Shown: positions 35,604 through 48,905 of the stretch, piece after piece
Layout of the letters: every line of letters begins with the position of its first letter
How positions within the stretch are numbered: the stretch's first letter is position 1
Assembly: GCA_030390025.1 (NCBI GenBank)
Contig: JASTWF010000350.1
Location: 1 to 64,000 of the forward strand
Reading direction: 5' to 3'
DNA length: 64,000 nt
DNA from: Squalus acanthias
Lineage: Eukaryota
The notes under the pieces: model-generated
Databases searched by the model: none
What the model was told of the DNA's origin: nothing
What the model saw: the letters and a program-made list of their open reading frames with translations, nothing else
Made by a program: the position numbers and the translations under genes

Positions 35604-37328
35604 GGGGAGTTTTTCAGGGGGTCAGCGGGTGCGTTTGGTGGCGGGTCGGGTGGGAAAAAAATGTTTTGACAGCGGGCCGGGAACCCGCTGTCAACCTGCC
35701 TCCACGCTAATCTCCCAGGTGTTGGGTCTGTCATCACTGAACAGACCCGACATCAAGCGGCAGGGGAGGCAATTTAGATTATTAAGAGCTTGTTAACAGG
35801 CACTTTAAAACTATTTTAAGCTCACCTTTAGATTTTAAGGTTTCGCCCATGGCTTCCCCGCTGCTCGGGGATCACGTCAGGTAAGGAGGTCGGGTGTTGT
35901 GTCAGTATGGGACGATTTCTTAACTTGACAGCTACAAATGGTCCATAAAAGCTCCCATTTCATAGGTCTTCACTTGCCAAGGTCAGGAGCTGTTGGTTAC
36001 TGCATTTGAAAGACAGATTGAGCTTTATGCAGGTTGCAAGTGTTTGGAGTAAACTCTGTATCCAGTGTCACCTCATTGGAACAACCTCTCTCACCATTGA
36101 CAGAATGCTTCTGTCATCTCAACCTCACCTGCCATCTATTCCATCAACATGGGTGCTGTTTAAAATGTCTCACCTTGGTCCTCAGAATCCGGCCCCGATC
36201 AGCCCCAACACCAGCAGCACCAGGCACACCGGCAGCACCAACAACAACATCAACCCTCTCCACAATCACCTGATACTGCACAGGACACAGGGCATCAGCA
36301 CTCGACTACATTGCTGCCCGAGAGGCCAGGGATGGCCTCACCATGGCCAGATTTACTTCACTTGACACTGTACACCCTGGCTGCCACATGATGTGCCAGG
36401 TTGGCACCACCCCACACCAACACCATAAAGCATCCCTACAATGTCCAAGCCATTCCTTTCACACTCATCATCATTGCAGGGGGTACCGTTATGTCTCACC
36501 ATTCACTGTAACTCACTTAGCCACATCCAAAGGTGCACACAAATCTGTCCAAGAACGCAAAGTGTTGAAAATAAAGGTTTCAATGTTTGACACCACATTA
36601 ACAGAAACTTCACATGAACATTGGCTAAAACACACAAGTGTCTACCCTTGTGTGTTGTTAGTTGGTATGATTGGACTTGGATGAGGGTGAGTGTGAGGGG
36701 TGGCTAGTGAGATGGGGAAGTGATAATGTAGATAGAGAGGGATGGGTGGAGGAGCAAGGTAAGTTAGTGTGAGTAAGGATGTGCAGGAGTAGGGTAGGGA
36801 AGGCAAAGTGATGGGGATGCAATGAGTGGCACAGGATGAGGTTGAGTGTAGCTTTGCAGTAACGTTTTATGATCTACTGGGATCATTGAAAGGTTTGCAC
36901 CACTGCAGCCCGGTCCTCCTAACGACATCCCTGCTTGTGTCCTCCTGTGCAGTGTGCAACCAGGCTGTGCTGGTGTCCTGGGGAGGTCTCTTCCACCCAT
37001 GGGATGTGAAGAGAACCTCTCTGCGTGCTCATGGGAGAACCTGGGTGCAGCCCTCTGCCTCTGTGCAGTGCTTGTCAGTATTTGCAGTACCTCAATGCTG
37101 TAGAACACTGACAGCACAACTGTCAAAATCAATTTAAGGAAACCGGTTGATGACGTGCCATCAAGTGATGTCATCAGACCCGCTTCCTTCAATTGGCCAG
37201 GAAATGCGCTAGGCAGGCCCAATCAGCGTAAAATAATTTCAAAGAGTGGGCTGGAGCCAGCAGCGGGGTCGTACCCCGCCACCGACCCCGGCCGCTCTGG
37301 ACCCGCCGAGATAGGTGAAATTGCGGCC
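35604..37328. mobile_element. Decayed PIF/Harbinger transposon (Myb/SANT-like and transposase C-terminal remnants)
   Basis: Minus 36870-37070: RAAPRFS and WLH.AQED.SRDVVRRTGLQWCKPFND; plus ~36315-36360: AREARDGLTMARFT; weak GC-rich termini. Confidence 0.55.
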
Positions 37329-37562
37329 ACAGATACACACGCTCACACACACAAACACACACACGTGCTCTCACACACAAACACACCCACTCACACACAC
37401 ATACATACACATGCGCCCACATACACAAGCAGACAAACACAGACACATAAACAACCAAATACACGCTCTCACGCTCTCACACTAGACACACAAACAAACA
37501 AAAACACACACGCAGACACATACACACATATACACACGCAAGCAGACACACAGACATATACA
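37329..37562 (+). repeat. Degenerate (CA)n microsatellite
   Basis: Direct reading. Confidence 0.9.
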
Positions 37563-39411
37563 CTGAAGTATAGAGGAGAGTAACAGGCTATGGCAATGAG
37601 ATGTACAGCAGTTATTGAGTTAAAGTGTTCTTAGGACACAATAAGATATAAAGATTCAGTGATTTATCTGATGGTAAGAGTCCCTGGAATCAATTTGCAC
37701 AATCCTTCGCTTGGATGGATTCTGTTTAATATATGCAGCTCAGGGTTAAGCTCCTTACACTGATTCAGAGCTGCTGCTGCGGCTCAGACCAGAGAAGCAA
37801 TTGCGAACGATGAAAGTAGATCAGACCATCAAGCACAGAGAGTGGTGACCCACACTTCAGGTTAGATACAGAGTAAAGCTCCCACTACACTGTCCCATCA
37901 AACACTCCCAGGGCAAGTACAGCACGGGTTAGATACAGAGTAAAGCTCCCTCTACACTGTCCCATCAAACACTCCCAGGGCAGGTACAGCACGGGTTAGA
38001 TACAGAGTAAAGCTCCCTCTACACTGTCCCATCAAACACTCCCAGGGCAGGTACAGCACGGGTTAGATACAGAGTAAAGCTCCCTCTACACTGTCCCATC
38101 AAACACTCCCAGGGCAGGTACAGCATGGGTTAGATACAGAGTAAAGCTCCCTCTACACTGTCCCATCAAACACTCCCAGGGCAGGTACAGCACGGGTTAG
38201 ATACAGAGTAAAGCTCCCTCTACACTGTCCCATCAAACACTCCCAGGGCAGGTACAGCATGGGATAGATAGAGAGTAAAGCTCACTCTACACTGTCCCAT
38301 CAAACACTCCCAGGGCAGGTACAGCACGGGATAGATAGAGAGTAAAGCTCCCTCTACACTGTCCCATCAAACACTCCTAGGGCAGGTACAGCACGGGTTA
38401 GATACAGAGTAAAGCTCTCTCTACACTGTCCCTATCAAACACTCCCAGGGCAGGTACAGCACGGGTTAGATACAGAGTAAAGCTCCCTCTACACTGTCCC
38501 ATCAAACACTCCCAGGGCAGGTACAGCATGGGTTAGATACAGAGTAAAGCTCCCTCTACACTGTCCCATCAAACACTCCTAGGGCAGGTACAGCACGGGT
38601 TAGATACAGAGTAAAGCTCTCTCTACACTGCCCCATCAAACACTCCCAGGGCAGGTACAGCACGGGTTAGATACAGAGTAAAGCTCCCTCTACACCGTCC
38701 TATCAAACACTCCCAGGGCAGGTACAGCACGGGTTAGATACAGAGTAAAGCTCCCTCTACACTGACCCATCAAACACTCCCAGAGCAGGTACAGCACGGG
38801 TTAGATACAGAGTAAAGCTCCCTCTACATCGTCCTATCAAATACTCCCAGGGCAGGTACAGCACGGGTTAGATACAGAGTAAAGCTCCCTTTACACTGTC
38901 CCATCAAACACTCCTAGGGCAGGTACAGCACGGGTTAGATACAGAGTAAAGCTCTCTCTACACTGCCCCATCAAACACTCCCAGGGCAGGTACAGCACGG
39001 GTTAGATACAGAGTAAAGCTCCCTCTACACTGTCCCATCAAACACTCCCAGGGCAGGTACAGCACGGGTTAGATACAGAGTAAAGCTCCCTCTACACTGA
39101 CCCATCAACACTCCCAGGGCAGGTACAGCACGGGTTAGTTACAGAGTAAAGCTCCCTCTACACTGTCCCATCAAACATTCCCAGGGCAGGTACAGCACAG
39201 GTTAGATACAGAGTAAAGCTCCCTCTACACTGTCCCATCAAACACTGCCAGGGCAGGTATGGCATGGGTTAGATACAGAGTAAAGCTCTCTCTGCACTCT
39301 CCCATCAAACACTCCCAGGACAGGTACAGCACGGGTTAGATACAGAATAACGCTCCCTCTACACTGTCTCATCATACACTCCCAGGGCAGGTACAGCACG
39401 GGTACAGCTGG

Positions 39412-41573
39412 CATTCTTTGAGGATGTAACGAGTAGGGTGGATGAAGGGGAACCAGTAGATGTCATGTATTTGGATTTCCAGAAGGCATTCGATAAGGTG
39501 CCACATAAAAGTTTACTACACAAGATATGAGCTCACGGGGTTGGGGGTAATATATTAGCATGGATAGTTAATTGGCTAACTAATAGAAAACAGAGAGTCG
39601 GGATAAATGGGTCATTTTCAGGATGGCAAACTGTAACTAGTGGGGTGCCGCTGGGATCAGTGCTGGGGCCTCAACTATTTACAATCTATATTAATGACTT
39701 GGATGAAGGGGCCGAGTGTAATGTAGCCAAATTTGCTGATGATACAAAGATAGGTCGGAAAGCAATTTGTGTGGAGCACGCAAAGAAACTCCAAAGGGAA
39801 ATAGATAGGCTAAGTGAGTGGGCAGGAATCTGGCAGATAGAGTATAATGTGGGAAAATGCAAGGTTATCCACTTTGGTAGGAAAAAGTAAAAAAGCAAAT
39901 TATTATTTAAATGGGGAGAGATTACAAAATGCTGAGGTACAGAGGGATCTGGGGGTCCTTGTACATGAATCACAAAAAGTTAGCATGCAGGTAACAGCAA
40001 GTAATTAGGAAGACAAATGGAATGTTGGCCTTTATTGCAAAGGAAATGGAGTATAAAAGTAGGGAAGTCCTGTTACAACTGTACAGGGTATTGGTGAGGT
40101 CACACCTGGAGTACTGCGTACAGTTTTGGTCTCCTTATTTAAGGAAGGAAATACTTGTATTGGAGACAGTTCAGAGAAGGTTCACTAGGTTGATTCCGGA
40201 GATGAAGGGGTTGTCTTATGAAGAAAGGTTGAGCAGGTTGGGCCTATACTCATTGGAGTTTAGAAGAATAAGAGGGAATCTTTTTGAAACATATAGGGGT
40301 AAAAATTCACTTGGTTGCGCCACCCGTTAGCGCCTTAAGAGGGCGCTAATGGGGCGCAAAGCCGCTAACGCCCGGGCGCAGCGATGTTTGCGCCGCTCGA
40401 GAACTTAACTTGAGATTGTGCGGCGGCGCTAAAACTTACCGCTGCGACCACCTGCGCGCGCAGATTGTGACGTCATTCCATGGTGCAACGCCCTTGGGGC
40501 GCCCCGTAGCGGAAATTGAGTGGCGCCCCCTGCCTTACCGCCTGGCGCTTCCAACGACCAGAAGACTGGAACGCTATCAATCGCTGTGGGGCTGGGGGGG
40601 GCGCTATTTAAAGGGGGCCTCTTCCTGTCTTTTATTGTTGGTGGCATTTTTGAACTACGCATTCTGAGAGAGAGAGGGAGAGACTTCTGGAGAGATTCAA
40701 CGTTGTGTGAAGGAGTTTTGGGTACTGAGCAGCACTTTGCAGGTTCATTTTGATTTGCCATTCCTTGTATCGATTTAGCAGAGACCGTGCGAGCTGCACT
40801 CTGAGCTCTTTGCCTGGTGCTCTCCATTGTTCTTTCCAGCACATTTGATGTGCAAGTCTCTCCAGGCCGAGATTCAAGGCAGCAATGAACAGGATGTGGA
40901 TGGAAAGCAAGATTAACCATCCCCTTTAAGAACTGGCCCGTGCCATTGTGTGTGTGTTCCATTGCTGACTGACATTACATGAGCTTCGCCAGCGCTCCGA
41001 GTTAGCGCTTCACTGCTCGGCCTTTGCGCCTTAAGAGAGGTGTGCAGCGCCTGCTTTAGCGCTCCACTCACCTCCCGGGGCGGTAAAAGTGAAGTTTCCC
41101 GTCAGTGCCGATAATTAGCGCCAGGCGCTAATATTTGCGTCCGGACGATATTTGCGCCCCAAATGGGGCGCGACCTAATTTCTACCCCATAAGATTCTGA
41201 AGGGGCTTGACAGGGTAGATGCAGAGAGGGTGTTTCCCCTCATGGGGGAATCTAGAACTAGGGGGCATAATTTCAGAATAAGGGGACACCCATTGAAAAC
41301 GAAGATGAGGAGGAATTTCTTCTCTGAGAGGGTCGTGAAACTTTGGAATTCTCTTCCCCAGACAGCTGTGGAGGCTGGGTCATTGAATATATTTAAGGTG
41401 GAGATAGACAGATTTTTGAATGGTAAGGGAGTCAAGGGTTATGGGGAGCGGGCAGGGAAGTGGAGTTGAGACCAAGATCAGATCAGCCATGATCTTATTG
41501 AATGGCGGAGCAGGCCCGAGGGGCCAAGTGACCTACTCCTGCTCCTACGTCTTATGTTCTTATGTTCTTATGT
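39412..41573 (+). mobile_element. CR1 LINE, 5'-truncated, with nested TIR element
   Basis: YLDFQKAFDKV, FADD, WNSLP; tail (ttcttatg)n. Confidence 0.92.
40296..41188. mobile_element. Non-autonomous TIR element (PIF/Harbinger-like)
   Basis: TIR ggggtaaaaatt / ggggtagaaatt; TSD ata; removing it restores CR1 gaaacatataagattctg. Confidence 0.85.
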
Positions 41574-43074
41574 TGATACAGAGTAAAGCTCCCTCTACAC
41601 TGTCCCATCAAGCACTCCCAGGACAGGTACAGCACAGGTTAGATACAGAGTAAAGCTCCCTCTACACTCTCCCATCAAGCACTCCCAGGGCAGGTACAGC
41701 ATGGGTTAGATACAGAGTAAAGCTCCCTCTACACTGTCCCATCAAACACTCCCAGGGCAGGTACAGCATGGGTTAGATACAGAGTAAAGCTCCCTCTACA
41801 CTCGCCCATCAAACACTCCCAGGGCAGGTACAGCATGGGCTAGATACAGAGTAAAGCTCCCTCTACACTGTCCCATCAAACACTCCCAGGGCAGGTACAG
41901 CACGGGCTAGATACAGAGTAAAGCTCCCTCTACACTCACTCAGACTCACCGGCGGCAGCAGCGAGAGCGGCCCTGGGGGGAGACCGAGCGCAAATACTGA
42001 GTGCGGTTTAAACAGAGTGCTGCGAGTTGGGTGAGTCAGATTGTTAGGTGAGGAGTGGAAGGAGGAGCTCCCTTGCTTCATCTTTGTTTTTCCTAACTTT
42101 TCACCCTGTAGGAATTGGTTCTTACTTTACACCAAGGAAAGAGTCCGAGAGCGGGAGCAGTCAAACAACAACAACTGCGAAACCGCTAAAGTGACGTCAC
42201 AACCAGGGAAGGAGCTGATTGGTAAGTAGGACCTGGTGAGTATTTCTACAGTCCAGTCGTTGAAGTAAAAGTAAGGTCTCTAGTTTGGAGTAAGTAGTGT
42301 TTAAAGGGAAGTAAGGTCCCTAGCGTATTAAATAATCTTTAATTTAAAGGAAGTAAAGGGAGTAAATTAAGGGTAGGACATGGCAGGGCAGCTCGGCTGC
42401 GTGGAGTGCTCCTCCTGTGCTATGTGGGAAGTCAGGAACACTTTAGGTGTCCAGGGCGAACACATGTGCAGGAAGTGTCTCCAGCTGCAGCTACTCAAAA
42501 TCCGCGTTTTGGAGCTGGAGCTGTGGCTGGAGTCACTGTGGAGCATCCGCGAAGCTGAGATCTTCGTGGATAACACGTTTAATGAGGTGGTCACACCGCA
42601 GGTAAAGAGTGCACAGGCAGACAGGAAATGGGTGACCGCCAGACAGAGTAAAAGAACTAGGAAGGTAGTGCAGGAGTCCCCTGGGTCAATCTCCCTCTCC
42701 AACAGATTTTCCGTTTTGGATACTGATGGGGGAGATGGTTTCTCAGGGGAATGCAGCCAGAGACAAGTCCGTGGCGCTACGAGTGGCTCAGCTGCACAGG
42801 AGGGGAGGAAAAAGAGTGGGAGAGCAATATTGATAGGGGATTCTATCGTAAGGGGAACAGATAGACGTTTCTGTGGCCGCAGACGTGACTCCAGGATGGT
42901 ATTGTTGCCTCCCAGGTGTCAGGGTCAAGGATGTCACTGAACGACTGCAGGGCATTCTGAAGGGGGAGGGCGAACAGTCAGAGGTCGTGGTTCACATTGG
43001 TACCAACGACATGGGTAGAAAGAGGGATGAGGTCCTGCAACAAGAATTTAGGGAGCTAGGTAGCAGATTAAAAA

Positions 43075-43368
43075 ACATAGAAACATAGAAACATAGAAAC
43101 TAGGAGCAGGAGTAGGCCATTCGTTCCGTCGAGCCTGCTCCACCATTCAATACGATCATGGCTGATCATCCAAATCCAGTACCCTGTCCCTGCTTTCTCA
43201 CACAGAATCCCCACATCGAGCCTGCACCTATCCCACCCTATCCCCGTAACCCCACGTATTTAATTCCCCCTAACATATCCCATCCTATCCCCATAACCCC
43301 ACATATTTAATCCCCCCCTAACACTAAGGGTCAATTTATCATAGCCAAATCAACCTAACCCGCACATT
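43075..43368 (-). mobile_element. Chimeric insert: V-SINE 3' part fused to a CR1 3' end
   Basis: 43075-43198 is a CR1 3' UTR with (tttctatg)n; 43199-43368 is homologous to 21420-21620; interrupts ORF1 at SRLK|RTSK. Confidence 0.8.
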
Positions 43369-45184
43369 TTAAACAGGACCTCAAAGGTTGTAATCTCTGG
43401 ATTACTCCCAGTGCCACGTGCTAGTGAGTATAGGAATAGGAGGATAGAGCAGATGAATGCATGGCTAAAGAGTTGGTGCAGGAGGGAGGGCTTTAGTTTC
43501 CTGGATCACTGGGTCTGCTTCTGGGGAAGGTGGGACCTGTACAAGTCGGACGGGTTGCACCTGAACCGGAACGGGACCAACATCCTTGCGGGGAAGTTTG
43601 CTAGTACTGTTGGGGGGGGGTTTAAACTAACTTGGCAGGGGGATGGGATATGGAGTGGAGCTATAGTAGGGGGTGAGGCAGAGCCAAATATAGAGGAAAA
43701 AACAAGTCAGCCTGGAAGGCAGAGCAAATATGTAATGGCACAAGGGAGTATGGCAAGGCTGGATGGCATTTATTTTAATGCAAGGAGTCTTGCGAGTAAG
43801 GCAGATGAATTGAAGGTGTTGATGAACACATGGGAGTATGATATTGTTGCTATCACAGAGACACAGTTGAGGGAGGGGCAGGACTGGCAGCTCAATATTC
43901 CGGGGTATAGAATCTTCAGGCAAAACAGAGGGGGGGGGGGTGAATGAGGAGGGGGTGTCGCAATATTAATCAAGGAGTCAATTACTGCTGTAAGGAGGGA
44001 TGATATCTTAGCAGGTTCCTCTAATGAGGCCATATGGGTAGAACTTAAAAACAAAAAGGGGGCAAGCACTTTGCTGGGAGTGTACTATAGGCCCCCAAAC
44101 AGTCAGGGGGAGATAGAGGAACAGATATGTAGGCAAATCTCAGAAAAGTGTAGAAATACTAGGGTAATAATAATAGGGGATTTCAACTTCCCCAATATTA
44201 ACTGGGATAGTCAGAGTGTGAAAATCTTAGAGGGTGCGGAATTCTTAAAGTGCATCCAGGAGAGCTTTTTGAGCCAGCATGTAGAAAGTCCTACAAGAGA
44301 GGGAGCGGTACTGGACCTAATTCTAGGGAATGTAGCCGGGCAAGTGGTAGAAGTGTCAGTAGGAGAGCATTTTGGTGACAGTGACCATAATTCGGTGAGA
44401 TTTAAGGTAGTCATTGAAAAGGACAAAGATGGACCGCAAATAAAGGTTCTAAATTGGGGGAAGGCCGATTTTAATATGATAAGGCAGGATCTGGCCAAAG
44501 TGGACTGGGATCAGCTACTTGGAGGAAAATCCACATCAGAGCAGTGGTATCTTTCAGAAAGGAAATAGAGAGAGTACAATGCCAACATGTCCCCGTAAAG
44601 GTCAAGGGTGGCACCACCAACCCAGGGAACCCTGGATGTCAAGGGATATACGAGAATGGATTAGGAAAAAAAGGGAGGCTTTTGGCAGATACAAAGGACT
44701 AAAAACAGTGGAAGCCCTAGAGGAGTATAGAAAGTGCAGGGGGGTACTTAAAAAAGAAATTAGGAGAGCAAAGAAGGGGCATGAAAAAACACTGGTGGGC
44801 AAAAAAAAGGAAAATCCCAAGGTGTTTTATAAGTATATTAAGGGCAAGAGGATAACCAGGGAAAGAGTAGGGCCCATTAGGGATCAAAGTGGCAATCTGT
44901 GTGTAGAGCCGGAAGATGTAGGGGAGGTTTTAATTGAATATTTTGCATCTGTGTTCACTATGGAGAAGGGTGATGTAGGCATAGAAATCATGCAGGGCGA
45001 TTGTGATATACTTGAACAAATTAATATTGAGAGGGAGGAGGTACTAGCGGTTTTAGCGGGCTTAAAAGTGGATAAATCCCCAGGCCCTGACGGGATGTAT
45101 CCCAGGCTGCTGTGTGAGGCAAGGGAGGAGATTGCAGGGGCTCTGACACAAATTTTCAGAACCTCTCTGGCCACAGGGGATGTG

Positions 45185-45423
45185 ATGCGGAGATGCCGGT
45201 GTTGGACTGGGGTGGACAAAATTGAGAGGTCGCACAACACCAGGTTATAGTCCAACAGTTTTATTTGAAATCACAAGCTTTCGGAGTTTACTACTCCTTC
45301 GTCGGGTGAAGTAAAAAGATACAGAATCGCCAAAGCATATATAGATAGAGAACAATGCATGTGTACCTTACAATTGCAGACAACTAAATTAAATCATCCT
45401 GACTATCTGCCGAGGTGTGATAA
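45185..45423 (-). mobile_element. Solo Penelope-like 3' end fragment inserted in CR1 ORF2
   Basis: Homologous to 9275-9516; host frame LATGDV|PEDWR is split; at most a 3-bp duplication (gtg). Confidence 0.9.
45271..45309 (-). ncRNA. Hammerhead motif with core mutation (CCGACGA)
   Basis: ucac CCGACGA a GGAGU aguaa ACUCC GAAA GC UU guga; compensatory stem II pair. Confidence 0.6.
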
Positions 45424-46878
45424 GTGCCAGAGGACTGGAGAACAGCTAACGTAGTAACATTTTTCAAGAAGGGTTGTAGGGTTAAACCAAGGAATTACAG
45501 GCCAGTGAGCCTAACATCAGTGGTAGGGAAATTATTGGAAAAAATTGTGAGGGACAGAATTAGTCTCCACTTGGAGAGGCAGGGATTAATCACGGATAGT
45601 CAGCATGGCTTTGTCAGGGGGAGATCATGTCTGACCAATTAGAATTTTTCGAGGGGGTGACTAGGTGTGTGGATGAGGGTAGTGCAGTTGATGTAGTCTA
45701 CATGGACTTCAGTAAGGCATTTGACAAAGTCCCACATGGGAGACTGGTCAAGAAGGTAAGAGCCCATGGGATCCAGTGCAATTTGGCACATTGGATCCAA
45801 AATTGGCTTAGTGGCAGGAGGCAGAGGGTGATGGTTGAATGTTGATTTTGTGACTGGAAGCCTGTGTCCAGTGCTGTACTGCAGGGATCGGTGCTGGGTC
45901 CTTTGCTGTTTGTAGTGTACATTAATGATTTAGATATGAATGTAGGAGGTATGATCAGTAAGTTCGCAGATGACATGAAAATTGGTGGAGTGGTAAATAG
46001 TGAGGAGGGAAGCCTCAGGCTACAGGACGATATAGATGGGTTGGTTAGATGGACAGAACAGTGGCAAATGGAATTTAACCCTGAAAAGTGTGAGGTGATG
46101 CATTTTGGGAGGACTAACAAGGCAAGGGAATACACAATGAATGGTAGGATCCTAGGAAGGACAGAGGATCAGAGGGACCTTGGTGTGCAAGTACATAGAT
46201 CCCTGAAGGCAGCAGGACAGGTAGATAAGGTGGTTAAAAAGGCATATGGGATACTTGCCTTCATTAGCCGAGGCATAGAATACAAGAGCAGGGAGGTTAT
46301 GATGGAGCTGTACAAAATGCTAGCTAGGCCACAGCTGGAATACTGTGTGCAGTTCTGGTCGCCACAGTATAGGAGGGATGTGATTGCATTGGAGAGGGTG
46401 CAGAGGAGATTCACCAAGATGTTACCTGGGCTGGAGCGCTTCAGCTATGAAGAGAGACTGGACAGGCTGGGGTTGTTTTCCTTAGAGCAGAGAAGGCTGA
46501 GGGGGTGACCTGATTGAGGTGTACAAAATTATGAGGGGCATAGATAGGGTAAATAGATAGGAACTTTTCCCCTTAGTAGAGGGGTCAGTAACCAGGGGGC
46601 ATAGTTTTAAGGTAAGGGGCAGGAGGTTTAGAGGGGATTTGAGGAAAAACTTTTTCACCCAGAGGGTGGTTGGAATCTGGAACTCACTGCCTGAAAGAGT
46701 GGTAGAGGCAGGAACCCTCACATATTTCAAGAAGCATTTAGATGAGCACTTGAAATGCCATAGCATACAAGGCTACGGACCAAGTGCTGGAAAATGGGAT
46801 TAGAATAGACAGGGCTTGATGGCCGGTGTGGACACGATGGGCCGAAGGGCCTCTTTCTGTGCTGTATAACTCTATGAA

Positions 46879-47690
46879 TCTACATTGCCCCATCAAACAC
46901 TCCCAGGGCAGTCACAGCTTTGGTAAAATACAGAGTAAAGCTCCCTCTACACTGTCCCATCAAACACTCCCAGGGCAGGTACAGCATGGGTTAGATACAG
47001 AGTAAAGTTCCCTCTACACTGTCCCAAAATTCTCCCAGGGCAGGTACAGCACGGGTTAGATACAGAGTAATGCTCCATCTACACTGTCCCAAAATTCTCC
47101 CAGGGCAGTTACAGCACAGTTTCGATAAAGAGTAAAGCACCCTCTACGCGGTCCCATCATTCACACTGTCCAGCTCCCAATACAATGTCCCATCAAACAT
47201 TCTCGGGATAGGGTTAGGTTTAGAGTAAAACTGCCTCTACACTGTCCCATCAAACACTCCCAGGGCATGTACAGCATGGGTTAGATACAGAATAAAGTTC
47301 CCTCTACACTGACCCATCAAACACTCCCAGAGCAGGTAGAGCACGGATTAAATACAGAATAAAGCTCCCTCTACACTGTCCCATCAAACACTCCCAGAGC
47401 AGGTAGAGCACGGATTAGATACAGAATAAAGCTCCCTCTACACTGTACCATCACACACTCTCAGGGCAGGTACAGCATGGGTTAGATACTTGTAAAGCTC
47501 CCTCTACACTGTCCCATCAAACACTCGCAGGGCAAGTACAGCATGTGTTAGTTACAGAGTAAAGCTCCCTCTACACTGTCCCATCAAACACTCCCAGGGC
47601 AGGGACACTCCCAGGGTTAATTACAAAGTAAAGCTCCCTCTACACTGTCCCATCACATACTCTCAGGACAGATACAGCATGGTTTAGAAT
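46879..47690 (+). repeat. 67-bp satellite, degenerate array edge (~12 units)
   Basis: Same unit with many substitutions and indels. Confidence 0.92.
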
Positions 47691-48849
47691 GGATATACCG
47701 GTGATTACACAACTCTGTGATCCCAGGCTCGCAGTGAGGGTGTGCCACAGACTCACTGTTGCAACCCTTTGGATTATGGGATGTCGCCTATCATGCAGCA
47801 AAGCAGCTGATCAGTACTGAGGGTGACCGGGCCTGTCCTAGATATACAGGTAACTAGCACTCGCAGAGCAGAGAGTGCACTCAGTACCAGAGGCGCGACA
47901 GTGGGGACTCCAATCAGCCCCTGTATTTGCTTTCACCCAAACGTCCATTGCTTTTATTTTATGTGCGGAAATCTGCCGAGGATGTCAGTGGAGTGGAGGT
48001 GCAGCGGGATGCAGTCACTTGGAGATTGTGCTGATCATTCTCCTGAGGTGAACTTCCGGTCTACACTGGGCTGTCTGGGGGACACCGGTCGCCTCACCAA
48101 CAGAAACGCAAAGTCAGTTCGAGGCAGCATCACAGACCGTGCTCGTGCTCCTCCAGTCCGCCGCTCGCAGACCAGCAGCCCGTCCCTCCGTCCAATCAGC
48201 TGTGGAGTCCGACACAGGATGTTGTTGCTTTTGTACCTTCACCCTCTGCCCTTGGAGAACAGTGGAGGGATTCACAGGCTGCTTAACAGTCTGACAGTGT
48301 GGCGCATTCATTGTTTTCTTATCTCCACCCTCTGCCCGAGAGAACAGTGTGAAGCAGTGGAGGGATTCGCGGGCTGGTTAACAGTCTGACAGGACGCATT
48401 GTGAACGCACCTTCCATGGCTGTACCTTCTTTATCCCAGTCGATAAGGGGGGTTAGTCCTTTACAGCAGGAGTGTTTTATGGGCTCCCACAACCCATATG
48501 GTGAAGTGGTGGGCGGTGGGGGGGGCGATCACCCACTGGACACGAGTATCCCACTGGATGTCAACCTAGAATTCGGAGCCGGAGCTGTGGTCTCCACTCG
48601 CCGGGACTGTCTGGAGCGGGGATCGAACCTGGCACCTCCTGACTCAGAGACAGGAATGTGACCACTAGGCCCAAGGCTCGCTCCTTCTGACAAAAGGTGA
48701 GCTGAAGAAAGTAAGAAAGTAGCTTACCAAATTAAAAAGGCAAAACACAATAAAGGAAAGTACAAGGAAGGGCTTGGCACCTGAGGAGTTAATATGTTGG
48801 TGAGAGAGAGGAGGACAAGGGTTCTATTGTGTACCGTTTGAAGAGCTGA

Positions 48850-48905
48850 GTTTCCCAGGCAGCTGCCGGATGCTCCTGAACCAATCAGTGAGCTGCCACG
48901 GCAAC
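48850..48905 (-). promoter_or_regulatory. Candidate promoter: CCAAT box flanked by RFX X-box-like motifs
   Basis: gtttcccaggcagc 48850-48863, ccaatcag 48881-48888, gctgccacggcaac 48892-48905. Confidence 0.25.

Larger units (their letters stand above)
37860..41936 (+). repeat. 67-bp satellite array (~23 + ~5 units) split by CR1; continues at 46879
   Basis: Units at 37860-39402 and 41574-41936. Confidence 0.95.
41937..46878 (+). mobile_element. Full-length CR1 LINE, same subfamily as 17017-21294, disrupted
   Basis: ORF1 from 42380 (CVECSSC..CRKC, GDSIVR), APE and RT motifs, approximate TSD tctacact/tctacatt at 41929-41936 and 46879-46886. Confidence 0.95.

Noticed and set aside
47823..48389. 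188-aa plus-strand ORF
   Set aside because: GTG start, no recognisable domain, spans a local tandem duplication
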